Of a DNA stretch of 64,000 bases, positions 46,359 through 55,722 are shown one piece after another. The DNA is from an uncultured Candidatus Saccharibacteria bacterium (GTDB taxonomy: Bacteria; Patescibacteriota; Minisyncoccia; Phycocordibacterales; DSPV01): NCBI GenBank assembly GCA_964349135.1, contig CAYGFK010000002.1:7535-71534 (forward strand). The letters run 5' to 3'. The notes under the pieces are model-generated. The model had not been told where the DNA came from. It saw only the letters and a program-made list of their open reading frames with translations, and did not search any database. Each line of letters begins with the position of its first letter. Position 1 is the first letter of the stretch. The translations under genes were made by a program, and so were the position numbers.

Positions 46359-46706
46359 TTATTTCGATGCGTGAGCAACGACGCGTTTGAAACTCTCGGG
46401 ATAGTGTTCGGCAAGTGTGGCGAGTATTTTTCGGTCGATACCGACGTTCTTTTTCTTGAGCGCGTCGATGAATCTGCTGTATGAGAGTTCATTTCCTTCA
46501 AGGCCAGCGTTGATTCGAACATTCCAGAGACGGCGATACACCCCTTTTTTGTCGCGTCGGTGTGCAAAGGCATGTGAGCCAGCATGGACGATGGCCTCAT
46601 AGGCCTGGCGTTCTTTGGTTGAACGAGCGTTACGGTATCCTTTCACCCGTCTCAATACATTTCGGCGCGTTTTCAGCGCATTGACTCCTTTTTTGACTCT
46701 GCTCAT
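46359..46706 (-). CDS. rplT: 50S ribosomal protein L20
   Basis: MSRVKKGV…RRVKGYRNARS… L20. Confidence 0.9.
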   Translation of the reverse strand: MSRVKKGVNALKTRRNVLRRVKGYRNARSTKERQAYEAIVHAGSHAFAHRRDKKGVYRRLWNVRINAGLEGNELSYSRFIDALKKKNVGIDRKILATLAEHYPESFKRVVAHASK

Positions 46707-46707
46707 A

Positions 46708-46893
46708 TTAGTAGTGGATTAAATAACGGGATGCGGATTTGTTTGTTATCACAAAATCAACCTTACGACGCTTCGTGGCCTGTTTGCGTCGGCTTGCTTT
46801 CGCATTGAAGTGGTTTTGCCCCTTCGTACGCGCCTTTATCTTCCCGTTTCGGGTTATTTTTAATCGTTTGGTAAATGATTTATTCGTTTTCAT
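46708..46893 (-). CDS. rpmI: 50S ribosomal protein L35
   Basis: MKTNKSFTKRLKITRNGKI… L35. Confidence 0.85.
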   Translation of the reverse strand: MKTNKSFTKRLKITRNGKIKARTKGQNHFNAKASRRKQATKRRKVDFVITNKSASRYLIHY

Positions 46894-46924
46894 ACTTTTG
46901 TGTGATACCGAGAGGAAATTCCGG

Positions 46925-47434
46925 TTATGCTCGTTCGATGACGAGTGTCAGTCCTTTCAAACTCTTTTTCGCTTCATCGACAACTTTAAAATCTCCGGGG
47001 ATGAACTTTAAAATCCGTTCGAGCCGTTCCTTGAGGAATTTTTGGTCCATATATTTGGCCCGTCCTCTGAGGTAGAGTTCAATTTTGATGCGATGTCCTT
47101 CAATAAGCCATTCCCCTGCCTTTTTTGCCTTCAGGGAGAGGTCATGCTCTCCGGTGCCGATGGTTAGCTGAATGGCCTTGGTTTCTGCGTTCTGAACCTT
47201 GGATTTCGCCTCTTTCTGCTTCTTCTTTTCAGCGTACTGGAATTTACCATATTCCATGATTTTTGCAACCGGGGGGGTGGCGGTCGGTGAAATTTCAATG
47301 AGGTCCAGTCCCGCCTCTTGAGCTTTTGCGAGCGCGTCAGCCAAACTCAATACACCGAAGTTCTCGCCTTCTTCGCCAACGACACGGAGTTCTTTGGCGT
47401 TTATCGCCTTGTTGATTCTGATACGGTGCTGCAC
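46925..47434 (-). CDS. infC: Translation initiation factor IF-3
   Basis: IF3 N- and C-terminal domains (…ELRVVGEEGENFGVLSLADAL…); the true start may be a non-AUG codon. Confidence 0.85.
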   Translation of the reverse strand: MQHRIRINKAINAKELRVVGEEGENFGVLSLADALAKAQEAGLDLIEISPTATPPVAKIMEYGKFQYAEKKKQKEAKSKVQNAETKAIQLTIGTGEHDLSLKAKKAGEWLIEGHRIKIELYLRGRAKYMDQKFLKERLERILKFIPGDFKVVDEAKKSLKGLTLVIERA

Positions 47435-47529
47435 GAGGATATGGTAGCTGTCGCACTAGGATAGCATACGAACGGGAAAATAAAAAGGACGGCGGCACAA
47501 GATGTGTCGCCGTGGGGCATGGGTGCGGT

Positions 47530-47763
47530 TTAGGTCGCAATAATCATGACTATTCCTTGTTTTTGGAGCCGGTCGATGGCTCCGGTTTCGATGAGGTGCA
47601 GAACGAGTTGATTCCTCCCTTCTCGTGAGTTTGGGTCGGGTGAACGACCAATCGTTTCTCCAGTACCCCACTTATTGAGGCCGGAGTGCGCTATCGCCTG
47701 AATTTGGCGATTATGTCTCCGCAGACGAATGTGAGTCTGCAGTCTCTTTAGTAGTAAGTTCAT
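47530..47763 (-). CDS. Hypothetical small protein (77 aa)
   Basis: ORF only; no recognisable family. Confidence 0.2.
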   Translation of the reverse strand: MNLLLKRLQTHIRLRRHNRQIQAIAHSGLNKWGTGETIGRSPDPNSREGRNQLVLHLIETGAIDRLQKQGIVMIIAT

Positions 47764-47864
47764 GACTGCCTCCTATGAACGGTTTCTACCTCGATAGTAT
47801 ACCTCTGTCAACGGGGCGCAAGAGGGGGTGTGCATAGTAAGCAGAGATTGGCTGGACTAGTCTG

Positions 47865-47895
47865 AAAAAACCGGCAACCACAAGGTGGTTGCCGG
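47865..47895 (-). terminator. Intrinsic terminator after the lipoprotein gene (perfect 11-bp CCGGCAACCAC stem)
   Basis: Hairpin followed by U6 on the minus strand. Confidence 0.75.
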
Positions 47896-47902
47896 TAGAG
47901 CT

Positions 47903-48856
47903 TCATTGTCTTGAAAAGACGTCGAGCATTTCCGCTACGGATATTCTGAAGAACCTGTTCAATGTTTCCTCGTTTTCTGTGCCAAGCACGAATGCTTTTT
48001 CGCACATTTCAATAGCCCGTGCGGTGTCACCAATGCTTTCATATAACGCTGAAGCAAAGTCGCAGAGTTCGGGGGACGTAGGGTCCAGACGCATTGCTTC
48101 TTTGAGTAGCGGTTCTGCCTCACTAAACTTCTCTTGTCTGCACAGGTGAGCCGCTAAGGACGTATATCCGGAAACCAGTTGAGGATGAATTTCGATTGCC
48201 TTGCGAAAAAATTCCTCCGCTTTTTCGGTTTGTGACCGGGTCCTCCCCATCTTCAGACCCATTTCAAGGTAAACTCCGCTGAGGATTTTTGTTGCAGGTT
48301 CCGGAACCATGTACGCTTTTAGTTCCACGCTTTCGGTGGCAATATTGTCTCTCTCCAGTATCGACTCGAGAGTTACCGTCTGGCCGAGGGTTGTCTCATA
48401 GAAGAGGGGGCCGGTTTCTGTCGGCAGGACGATAAATACATGATTTCTCGCAAACATCGGGTACGCGGTTATCTTGAGTTGGTCGAGCACTTCAAGATAC
48501 AGCAGAGTCAAATCCGAACAGTCCAATGTTCGTGCACCGAGCGCATCGCCGAACGTTCTCACCTTCTTTGAGTCGATGGAGTAACCGGCTGAGCGTACGG
48601 AGCGGTGTATCACTGGCAGTAGTGTGAGTGGGTTACGGTCATCGTAGGATGGGCTCGTATCATTCTTGATTTTGGTGAGTAGTTTCCGTAAGGCCACCGT
48701 GGCCTTCGTTCGGTTCCATTCAGAGCTTTCAATGTGGAGAGCGCGGAACGCTACACCGGTTTCTTGAATGGATGCTGTTGGTTGTGATGAGGTGCTTTTA
48801 CAGCCCGTGAAGGCAAGCACGCTGACGACGAGCAGGAGTAGACAGTATGATTTCAT
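47903..48856 (-). CDS. Lipoprotein with transglutaminase-like core and C-terminal TPR repeats
   Basis: Lipobox LAFTGC at the trimmed start; Cys…His…Asp spacing reminiscent of the transglutaminase-like fold; TPR-like helices at the C-terminus. Confidence 0.55.
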   Translation of the reverse strand: MKSYCLLLLVVSVLAFTGCKSTSSQPTASIQETGVAFRALHIESSEWNRTKATVALRKLLTKIKNDTSPSYDDRNPLTLLPVIHRSVRSAGYSIDSKKVRTFGDALGARTLDCSDLTLLYLEVLDQLKITAYPMFARNHVFIVLPTETGPLFYETTLGQTVTLESILERDNIATESVELKAYMVPEPATKILSGVYLEMGLKMGRTRSQTEKAEEFFRKAIEIHPQLVSGYTSLAAHLCRQEKFSEAEPLLKEAMRLDPTSPELCDFASALYESIGDTARAIEMCEKAFVLGTENEETLNRFFRISVAEMLDVFSRQ

Positions 48857-48986
48857 AGTGAGCCTTTCTGTTGTCTTGTTGTACGCTATACCTTGGAGGT
48901 AATTTGTCAATAAATGATGGCGGCTTCTTAAAAGAACAAAAGCGCCTTTACAGGCGCTTTTGTTTAACCTAAATAGGTACGCGAGG

Positions 48987-50678
48987 TTAAGATTTTTTCC
49001 AGCCCGGTTCTATCGCGCGAATGGCTTCTTCTGAGCGTGTAAAGATGCGGTTTCCCCTTTTCATCTTTTCTATTGTGGCGAATTTCATTAATCCGTCAAT
49101 GATGTCGGCACTGCATGAAGTAAGATAGACGCGTTTGCCACTTTTCTCTAAGTTTTCTACTGCTTCAACAATCGTGTCTTCGCCCTCGTAGTCTACCGAG
49201 AATAAGTTGCGCAATCGAATAATAACCGTAGGGACATTATTTGTGTGCGCAAGATGTCGAAAGTTTGCGGCGTGACGTGGCGCATCGATATATCCCAAGA
49301 ATCCGGCAATGCTGTAGGTCACAAAGGCAAGAGGTTCATCGGTCATATGTAGCACTTTCGCACGACGCTGTTCATGCTTTGTTCCATCTTTGAAATTAAA
49401 AACAATATCAAAGTATCCGTGGCTGACATTGTCGGCAAAGAATAAAAGTGAAAGTATTGCGCCAATAACTACCGCAAGTCCGGCATCCTCGAGAACGGTA
49501 ATACTAAGAACTAAGATAGCGATGAAGAATGAGAGTTTTTCACGCTTGTAGAACTCTACAAATTTTTTTGTTTCAATAAGGCCAAGCGCTGTGTTTACTA
49601 AGATTGCTGCAATGACTGCCATAGGAATATAAATGAAGAAGGGTAGTACAACGAGTGCGATGACGGCGGTGAAGGCAGATGTAATAATCGCTGATGTTTT
49701 ATGTGTTGCGCCGGCTTTGATATTCGCACCAGTACGAATAAAGACACCGGTTGCCGGCAGACCACCCATAGCGCCCGAGCCAATATTTGCCAAGGCAAGG
49801 CCGAGTAGTTCTTTGCGTGGAGATGATTGCGTGCGGGTGATTTTGTCCGCAATTTGAGCGGTGATGAGAGTTTCGAGCACACTAATAAGCGCAACGGTGC
49901 CTGCAGTAGCAAGGAGCCAGCCAAGTGCGTCACTATTCCCAATTAATGTTGGAATTGTATTCCAGGTAACGGGCAGTGCCAATGTTGCTGCAAATGAACC
50001 AAATTTATCACCAAGGGTAATGAGTTCAAGGTGAGAAAAGAATATCTCTACAGTATAGCCAAGTGCGATACCCAACCCTGCAGCAGGAATCACTGCGGGG
50101 AGTTTTTTAATGAAATGTTTCCAGACAAGAATGAATGCAAGAAATCCTACAAATACTGATACGGATGCGATACTTGTCTCTGATGCATGGGCAACATAGA
50201 GTGCGATGTCTCCAATAAAGGTGCCGGTACGTTTTAGTGCAGAAAGGCCCGTCGCATCAAATAGTTGTGAAACGGCAATTAAAAATGCCACGCCACCGGC
50301 AAATCCGTACATGATGCTTGAGGGAATGTAGTACAAGAACCTCTCTGCGCGGATGAGCCAGATAAAGAGGATAATCAATCCTGATGCCATTGCGATAAGT
50401 GGTAACACGGCGGCACCTAACCCTGCAGGGGCTGCAAGTGTTGCCGCAAAAAGTACGGTGGTAAGTGCGCCAGCCGTTCCAATGATGTTGTAGTTATTCC
50501 CCCCGAAGAATCCTGCAATCACGGTAGCCCAGATGCCGGTAATGACTCCAGGCAGGGGACCTGCGCCAGAGGCGACTGAGAGGGCAATGGAAAGTGGCAC
50601 AGAAATAAGTGCAACCGTAAGACCTGATTTCCAATTTGCTTGAAGAAGGGCCGAGAGCGAAATAAATGAAAATTTCAT
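48987..50678 (-). CDS. SulP-family anion transporter with C-terminal STAS domain
   Basis: Multi-TM SulP core plus a cytoplasmic STAS-like domain. Confidence 0.8.
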   Translation of the reverse strand: MKFSFISLSALLQANWKSGLTVALISVPLSIALSVASGAGPLPGVITGIWATVIAGFFGGNNYNIIGTAGALTTVLFAATLAAPAGLGAAVLPLIAMASGLIILFIWLIRAERFLYYIPSSIMYGFAGGVAFLIAVSQLFDATGLSALKRTGTFIGDIALYVAHASETSIASVSVFVGFLAFILVWKHFIKKLPAVIPAAGLGIALGYTVEIFFSHLELITLGDKFGSFAATLALPVTWNTIPTLIGNSDALGWLLATAGTVALISVLETLITAQIADKITRTQSSPRKELLGLALANIGSGAMGGLPATGVFIRTGANIKAGATHKTSAIITSAFTAVIALVVLPFFIYIPMAVIAAILVNTALGLIETKKFVEFYKREKLSFFIAILVLSITVLEDAGLAVVIGAILSLLFFADNVSHGYFDIVFNFKDGTKHEQRRAKVLHMTDEPLAFVTYSIAGFLGYIDAPRHAANFRHLAHTNNVPTVIIRLRNLFSVDYEGEDTIVEAVENLEKSGKRVYLTSCSADIIDGLMKFATIEKMKRGNRIFTRSEEAIRAIEPGWKKS

Positions 50679-50939
50679 ATGGAGACGATGGGTATGTGAA
50701 AAAATAAAAACATGCTGGTACGGCATGTGTCGCGAACCGGACACTCTTGTTTATACGCCCGCTTCTACAAGACCGCAAGTCTTCTCACGCACTATCACGT
50801 CGAACTATATCGGATTGTTAGAATCTAATAGCGTGCTCAAAATTGTTGGAGTTACCGATACGATTCAACGTGGTGGAGACCGAAGAATGAAATCAGAGAA
50901 CGACTTAACGGTTTAGTTCGACAAGCTATAAATAAAACC

Positions 50940-51146
50940 ATGGCAATCATAATCAATATCGACGTAATGCTGGCCAAAAGAAAGATGAGTGTCACCGAAC
51001 TTGCAGAGAAAGTCGGTATCACCATGGCAAATATTTCCGTGTTGAAGAACGGCAAGGCAAAATCGGTTCGGTTCTCGACGCTAGAGGCAATTTGTAAAGC
51101 GCTCGAGTGCCAGCCCGGAGATATCTTGGAATTCAAGAAGCCGTAG
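50940..51146 (+). CDS. XRE-family (Cro/C1-type) HTH transcriptional regulator
   Basis: 68 aa, …MSVTELAEKVGITMANISVLKNGK… HTH. Confidence 0.75.
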   Translation: MAIIINIDVMLAKRKMSVTELAEKVGITMANISVLKNGKAKSVRFSTLEAICKALECQPGDILEFKKP

Positions 51147-51155
51147 TATGGAATC

Positions 51156-51175
51156 TGTGGAGATGGGCGGAATCG
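51156..51175. repeat. Direct repeat of the tmRNA 3' terminal 20 nt (TGTGGAGATGGGCGGAATCG): distal att-site copy
   Basis: Identical 20-mer to + strand 57570-57589 (ssrA 3' end). Confidence 0.7.
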
Positions 51176-51237
51176 GTCGGGGGATAATTTATCCACACAC
51201 GCGATTTATGGAGGAGAAACGGTGCTAACATAAATAC

Positions 51238-53010
51238 ATGTCTATGTACAAATACGTTATTATATCAGCGCTTATCATTTTAAGTTCCGTTATAAGCGCT
51301 GATTTTACTTATGCCCAGAATGTTGGTCCCGACCAGCAGGCATTTTTCGACGTTCCAAAAATCACTAATAATCTTTCATTGGGAAGCGAAAACCATGACG
51401 TTTCAATTTTACAGAACTTTCTTAAAAGGATCGGAGGTATTTACCCGGAAGGACTTATTACGGGCTATTTTGGGAGTCTGACACAGAACGCGGTCAAAAG
51501 ATTCCAACAATTAGTGGGGATAGAAACTGCGGGCACTGTTGGTCCAATTACGCGGTTGGCAATTAATACGTGGATGTTGGCTGCGGCGTCAGAGTCGGGC
51601 AATGCCCACCGATCTGACAACGCGTCGCCGGCCACCCCTGCAACTCCCGCAACGCCCGCGACACCATCTCCTGGTGGAGGACCTGCAACTCCCGCAACGC
51701 CCGCGACACCAGCCGTTCCAGACCATGTATTAGTTTCACCTCCTCCTCCACCGACGCCGCCAATTATTCCCCCGCCAGCAACGACGACGCCGCCAATTTC
51801 AACGACGACACCTCCAGCGATACAGCCTCCTTCGACCACTACACCGCCGACAGCTACTTCTACAAAATTTATAGTGGGAGATAGGGTATACGCAACTATC
51901 AATCTAAATGTTCGCGACACGCCTTCATTGTCCGGCACCCTTCTCGGTGTTCAGGCATCAAGTTCTTTGGGGCTGATTACCGGTGGTTCGCTAAGTGCTG
52001 ACAATTATTATTGGTGGAATGTTGATTTTGATTCCGGAACTGATGGATGGAGTGTAGAGAATTATCTTGAGAAAGTAGTGGTGTCGCCACCGCCACCACC
52101 CGAAGGTGAACAGCGTATTACGTCAAATACAGCAAATCAGAATTATCCTTCAGTTTACGGCGAAAATATAGTTTGGGAAGACAGAAGGAACGGAAACATA
52201 GACATCTACGGTTACAATTTGACTACAGGGATTGAGAGTCGCATAACTTCAAGCATTGGTGACGAAATACGCCCGTCAATTTTCGGAAATCAATTAGTTT
52301 ATATAGATAGACAGCCAGACCTTTCAAATCCTGGGCATGACACAATTCAGATATATCTTTCTGATTTACAGAACAGCGTCACTAGTCCTCTGATTGGCGA
52401 TTCAAAATTCCAATCTGCGCCCACGATATGGGGGAGCAAAGTCTCTTATTTGGACCATAGTTTAAGTGGAGATAGGGTTTTGTTCGTCTATGATATGTTG
52501 ACTCATTCAAAGGAGCTTGTTGCGAATGGACCAAGTATTACACAACCACATATGGCTGGTGATTTCGTGGTCTGGGCAAATGGTCAAGGCGGGATTTACA
52601 AAACATACACGTATAATTTGCAGACCAAGGTCACGCGTTTGATCACCAACCACTCAGGTGATCAGTTTGCCCCCAAAGTCTCTCGTGAAGGTAAGATTGT
52701 TTTCGCAGACCGAAGGAGTGGGGCAGGCGCAGGTGATTGGAACGTATATATGTTTGATTTGGTTACCAATGAAGAGACGAGAATCACTCCAGAAAATGGT
52801 AGTCAACCTATAGATCTATCGATTTCTGACAAGTGGATTTCATGGTCGCGCGATAGAGATGTCTTTGTGTACAATCTAGCCTCCGGAGTAATAAACAGAT
52901 TGACCTCTCTCCCGACAGAAGAAAAGCAGACGAACCTTTATGGAGATTTGTTGGTTTGGGCAGACGGCAGGGACAGTCAGGATGATATTTATTCGATTTT
53001 CTTGCGTTAG
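51238..53010 (+). CDS. Secreted protein: PG-binding domain + Pro/Thr/Ala linker + SH3b-like domain + β-propeller (PD40/TolB-like) repeats
   Basis: Signal peptide. PG_binding_1-like motif. (ATP)n repeats. 'VGDRVYATINLNVRDTPSLSG…' is SH3b-like. Repeated '…WxDxRxGNxDIY…' blades. Confidence 0.65.
   Translation: MSMYKYVIISALIILSSVISADFTYAQNVGPDQQAFFDVPKITNNLSLGSENHDVSILQNFLKRIGGIYPEGLITGYFGSLTQNAVKRFQQLVGIETAGTVGPITRLAINTWMLAAASESGNAHRSDNASPATPATPATPATPSPGGGPATPATPATPAVPDHVLVSPPPPPTPPIIPPPATTTPPISTTTPPAIQPPSTTTPPTATSTKFIVGDRVYATINLNVRDTPSLSGTLLGVQASSSLGLITGGSLSADNYYWWNVDFDSGTDGWSVENYLEKVVVSPPPPPEGEQRITSNTANQNYPSVYGENIVWEDRRNGNIDIYGYNLTTGIESRITSSIGDEIRPSIFGNQLVYIDRQPDLSNPGHDTIQIYLSDLQNSVTSPLIGDSKFQSAPTIWGSKVSYLDHSLSGDRVLFVYDMLTHSKELVANGPSITQPHMAGDFVVWANGQGGIYKTYTYNLQTKVTRLITNHSGDQFAPKVSREGKIVFADRRSGAGAGDWNVYMFDLVTNEETRITPENGSQPIDLSISDKWISWSRDRDVFVYNLASGVINRLTSLPTEEKQTNLYGDLLVWADGRDSQDDIYSIFLR
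51638..51717 (+). repeat. Tandem in-frame repeat (GCAACTCCCGCAACGCCCGCGACACCA ×2, with shorter ACC-CCT-GCA units) encoding the (ATP)n linker
   Basis: A 27-nt unit duplicated 53 nt apart inside the CDS. Confidence 0.6.
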
Positions 53011-53020
53011 TTTTAAATTT

Positions 53021-53034
53021 TGGAGATGGGCGGA
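53021..53034. repeat. Partial direct repeat of the tmRNA 3' end (TGGAGATGGGCGGA): middle att-site copy
   Basis: 14-nt identity with 57572-57585. Confidence 0.55.
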
Positions 53035-53463
53035 CGCTTCGCTATCGAACTCGTCTCTCGTAAACTCAGGACTCTTTGAGAACACTACAAGAGTACTTCA
53101 TTTTTCTAAAACGGAAGACCGTTAAGAAAAATTAGTCGCTCCTCCGTTCTCAACACCTCGCCTTCGGCGGGTCGCTCTCCGCCACGGGAGAACTCCCGTT
53201 CTCCCGACCCCTCTCTCGGTTCGATTCCGCACGCACGTGAAGCAGTTCACGTGCTCCACTCCATTCAAAAAACAAAAGCGCCCGAAGGCGCTAATGTTTT
53301 TACGAATGGAAGTGGCTGGTAATACATCGAACTCCTTAAAAACCTACCTCACAAAATTTTGGGCGTATTACCAAGGGAGTCAAAACCTTCAGAAATTGCT
53401 TGCTACGGCTTAGCTAAACGCAAAGAGGTTATACAGGAGTAGGGTATAGAGTATAATCAGTCC

Positions 53464-53736
53464 ATGACGAAAGAGGAAATTCAATTTTTCTTTTTTATTC
53501 TACTTCCCATGATTGCCGTTGGAGTTAGTTCCATATACTTGGGAATTAAGATAATACTCGATAAAAAGACACGAGCTTGGTGGGCAAAATGGTGGTGGGG
53601 ATTCTTAAACAACCAAAAGCGTGCAGAAAAACAGGTCGTATTCTTCGACGCACCAATAGTAATTGGAGCAGGGATGATGATTCTTTGGACTGTCCTTTCA
53701 ATCGTGCTTGCCCAATTCAATATCTTTATCTTCTAG
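53464..53736 (+). CDS. Small 2-TM membrane protein (90 aa)
   Basis: Hydrophobic helices; island cargo. Confidence 0.35.
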   Translation: MTKEEIQFFFFILLPMIAVGVSSIYLGIKIILDKKTRAWWAKWWWGFLNNQKRAEKQVVFFDAPIVIGAGMMILWTVLSIVLAQFNIFIF

Positions 53737-53768
53737 GGTAAACGGACACTGCTATAAAAATAATCTCT

Positions 53769-54017
53769 ATGAACCGTCCATCGAATAAACCTTTATTAGT
53801 GACCTGCGTCGTATTTGGAGTAGTCGTAATCTGGTTTGCTGGCGTGATAATCCACCTCGAAAGATACCGTTATGCCAACCAGTCGCATCTCTGCTATAAA
53901 CCCGAGAAAAATTATGTCGTAGATGCTGATGCCTATTTTGAGCGAGAGAATTGCCTAGAAACAGCAGTCCCACGAACGTCAGGTCTCTGGGATTTGTATT
54001 ATGCATTAACCGACTAA
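53769..54017 (+). CDS. Small 1-TM membrane protein (82 aa)
   Basis: Hydrophobic helix; island cargo. Confidence 0.35.
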   Translation: MNRPSNKPLLVTCVVFGVVVIWFAGVIIHLERYRYANQSHLCYKPEKNYVVDADAYFERENCLETAVPRTSGLWDLYYALTD

Positions 54018-54021
54018 AAAA

Positions 54022-54294
54022 ATGCTAGAAATTTTTGAATGGATTGTTTGGGGAATTGCAATATTTATAGCTTTGAGTCTCACTTACGGTGCTGTAAGAC
54101 GATTGATGGCAAAACAGCCAGTAATGAAGGCAACTTTGTATCAGGGGATATTCATCGGGGTGGCGTCGTTATTCCTTTTATTCTCTCCGTCGGTCAGCAA
54201 GCTCCATTTAATTTGGATTGTGCCCGTCTGCTTCCCATTAATTGGATATCTCACTTTCCGCTCAGCTACGAAAGAGGTTGAGGAGGTAAAGTAA
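54022..54294 (+). CDS. Small 3-TM membrane protein (90 aa)
   Basis: Hydrophobic helices; island cargo. Confidence 0.35.
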   Translation: MLEIFEWIVWGIAIFIALSLTYGAVRRLMAKQPVMKATLYQGIFIGVASLFLLFSPSVSKLHLIWIVPVCFPLIGYLTFRSATKEVEEVK

Positions 54295-55024
54295 TAGCCT
54301 TTTTATTTGTCGTACCAAAGTGAATTTCATTACCCTCGATGAGTCGGGATTCTTGTCCTTTCTCGTATCTTTCTTTGAAGTCAGTGAGGTGGGGTCGTGA
54401 GTCGACTGTTCCATGCTCAAAAATTGGGAGTAGTTGAACCAGCGTGTAAGAGGTCTGCACTTCTTCTCTAGTAGGAATTTTTCCTGTCAGGAAGATGCCA
54501 GTAAATACCACGAAGACATGCTTGATGGTCGATTTAATATCGGCTAGTTTTGTGGCAAGTGTACGGAAATCATATAAGGATGGCGTTAAGACTAGGCAAA
54601 CCAAAATAGTGTTTGGTTCGTATGTATTTTCAATCATTTTGTCTCGAATTGTCTCAAAAAGTTTATTGGGCTCTTCCCGATGTTCTACAACCTCAACCTC
54701 ACGTAAGTAGCCCCTATGTGCACCAGGCTTATCTTCTTTAAAAGTTATAACGAGCCCGTCTGGTGGGTCTGGATTTGGCATATTCATCCACCAGTCAACG
54801 TGAGAATCGTCTTTCAATGCCATGGCAACCATAGAAACGCAATAACGTTCCCTGTCCTTTTTGGGCAGCTTAAGAATATCTTTGCCATTGTTAACCATAG
54901 ATTCGGCATATTTAAGCAATCCCTTTACAGGATGATCCCATTGCTTAGCACGAGAATTAATGTCTCGCAGGTTTATCTTCGTCATTAGTGAATCACCTTC
55001 TTTTTCTCCGAAATAAAATGCCAT
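54266..55024 (-). CDS. Hypothetical cytoplasmic protein (252 aa), possible PD-(D/E)xK-like nuclease
   Basis: 'PDGLVITFKEDK' gives a D-x7-E-x-K spacing. Convergent with and overlapping the third small TM gene. No firm family assignment. Confidence 0.4.
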   Translation of the reverse strand: MAFYFGEKEGDSLMTKINLRDINSRAKQWDHPVKGLLKYAESMVNNGKDILKLPKKDRERYCVSMVAMALKDDSHVDWWMNMPNPDPPDGLVITFKEDKPGAHRGYLREVEVVEHREEPNKLFETIRDKMIENTYEPNTILVCLVLTPSLYDFRTLATKLADIKSTIKHVFVVFTGIFLTGKIPTREEVQTSYTLVQLLPIFEHGTVDSRPHLTDFKERYEKGQESRLIEGNEIHFGTTNKKAITLPPQPLS

Positions 55025-55372
55025 AGAGATATCTTATTACCAATTTCCGAATTAATACAAGAATTCCGGCCACATTCACTGGTTTACGTCTGTAGATAGA
55101 CGTTAGCTAATTGACCTACAGTGCCATAGTACATTGCATTACCCCTACCTAGACTGAGATACAAGTAAAACCACTCTCGCCCCATGCAAGTAGCCTACCC
55201 ACCATCTACCATTGCAAACTTGAAGGTAAACAAACCACCCCGGATACGACTTGAAAAGTGATATCCACAGCTCGTTACCCCTTGCCAGGTATCGGTGGCA
55301 CTTAGATATCGTTGAGTCATGGTACATGGTAGCGTTATCGGCATTATAAGTAATACAGCCCGAAGAGGGGCA

Positions 55373-55435
55373 GCGAAGCTTCCGTGTACCAACATGAGGC
55401 CGATCGCTATCCCTCTTCGGGTTTTATTGTTACCC
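55373..55435 (+). terminator. Long-range hairpin (CCCGAAGAGGG…CCCTCTTCGGG) + T-rich tail
   Basis: 11-bp perfect stem enclosing about 45 nt, followed by TTTTATTG; at the end of a 360-nt ORF-free stretch within the island. Confidence 0.4.
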
Positions 55436-55437
55436 AT

Positions 55438-55722
55438 ATGAAAAGCATAGAAAGAAGGTTTGCCAAGCTTCAGGAGTCACGACCTGGCTTGAGCGGTTAT
55501 ATGAATTTCGCTGGTGCAGTGAAGGATGGTCACTTTACCCCTAAGACCATTCATCGTTGGTTCAATCTTTTGGTCGATAAAGATGATTATTCTCGATCAG
55601 ATAAAAGAGCTCTATTCGCACACCTCGACTCGATTTCAAACCCTCCGAGGACGACAGGAATTGAGGGTAATTTTGTCCTTACGGCATCACCAATTAGTAA
55701 TCACGTAGTCCAGAGAGTATGA
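55438..55722 (+). CDS. Hypothetical small protein (94 aa) upstream of the recombinase
   Basis: Start trimmed to MKSIERRF, downstream of the hairpin. Confidence 0.35.
   Translation: MKSIERRFAKLQESRPGLSGYMNFAGAVKDGHFTPKTIHRWFNLLVDKDDYSRSDKRALFAHLDSISNPPRTTGIEGNFVLTASPISNHVVQRV

Larger units (their letters stand above)
51176..53020. mobile_element. Distal (older) integrative island remnant at ssrA, single cargo gene, no integrase
   Basis: Bounded by ssrA-3'-end repeats at 51156-51175 and 53021-53034. Confidence 0.5.

Noticed and set aside
50871-50889. Fourth att copy (GTGGAGACCGAAGAAT) upstream of the XRE gene
   Set aside because: Only about 12 of 17 positions match the ssrA 3' end, which is too degenerate to assert. 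Mentioned only as a possibility within the island finding.
51615-51720. CRISPR-like short repeats (GCAACTCCCGCAACGCCCGCGACACCA ×2)
   Set aside because: Repeats lie in frame inside a CDS and encode an (Ala-Thr-Pro)n linker; there are no spacers and no cas genes.
53210-53235. tRNA or tmRNA fragment (GGTTCGATTCC motif)
   Set aside because: T-stem would be only 3 bp and no acceptor partner. Its orientation is opposite to ssrA, so it is not a direct att repeat. Left as part of an unexplained structured noncoding stretch.
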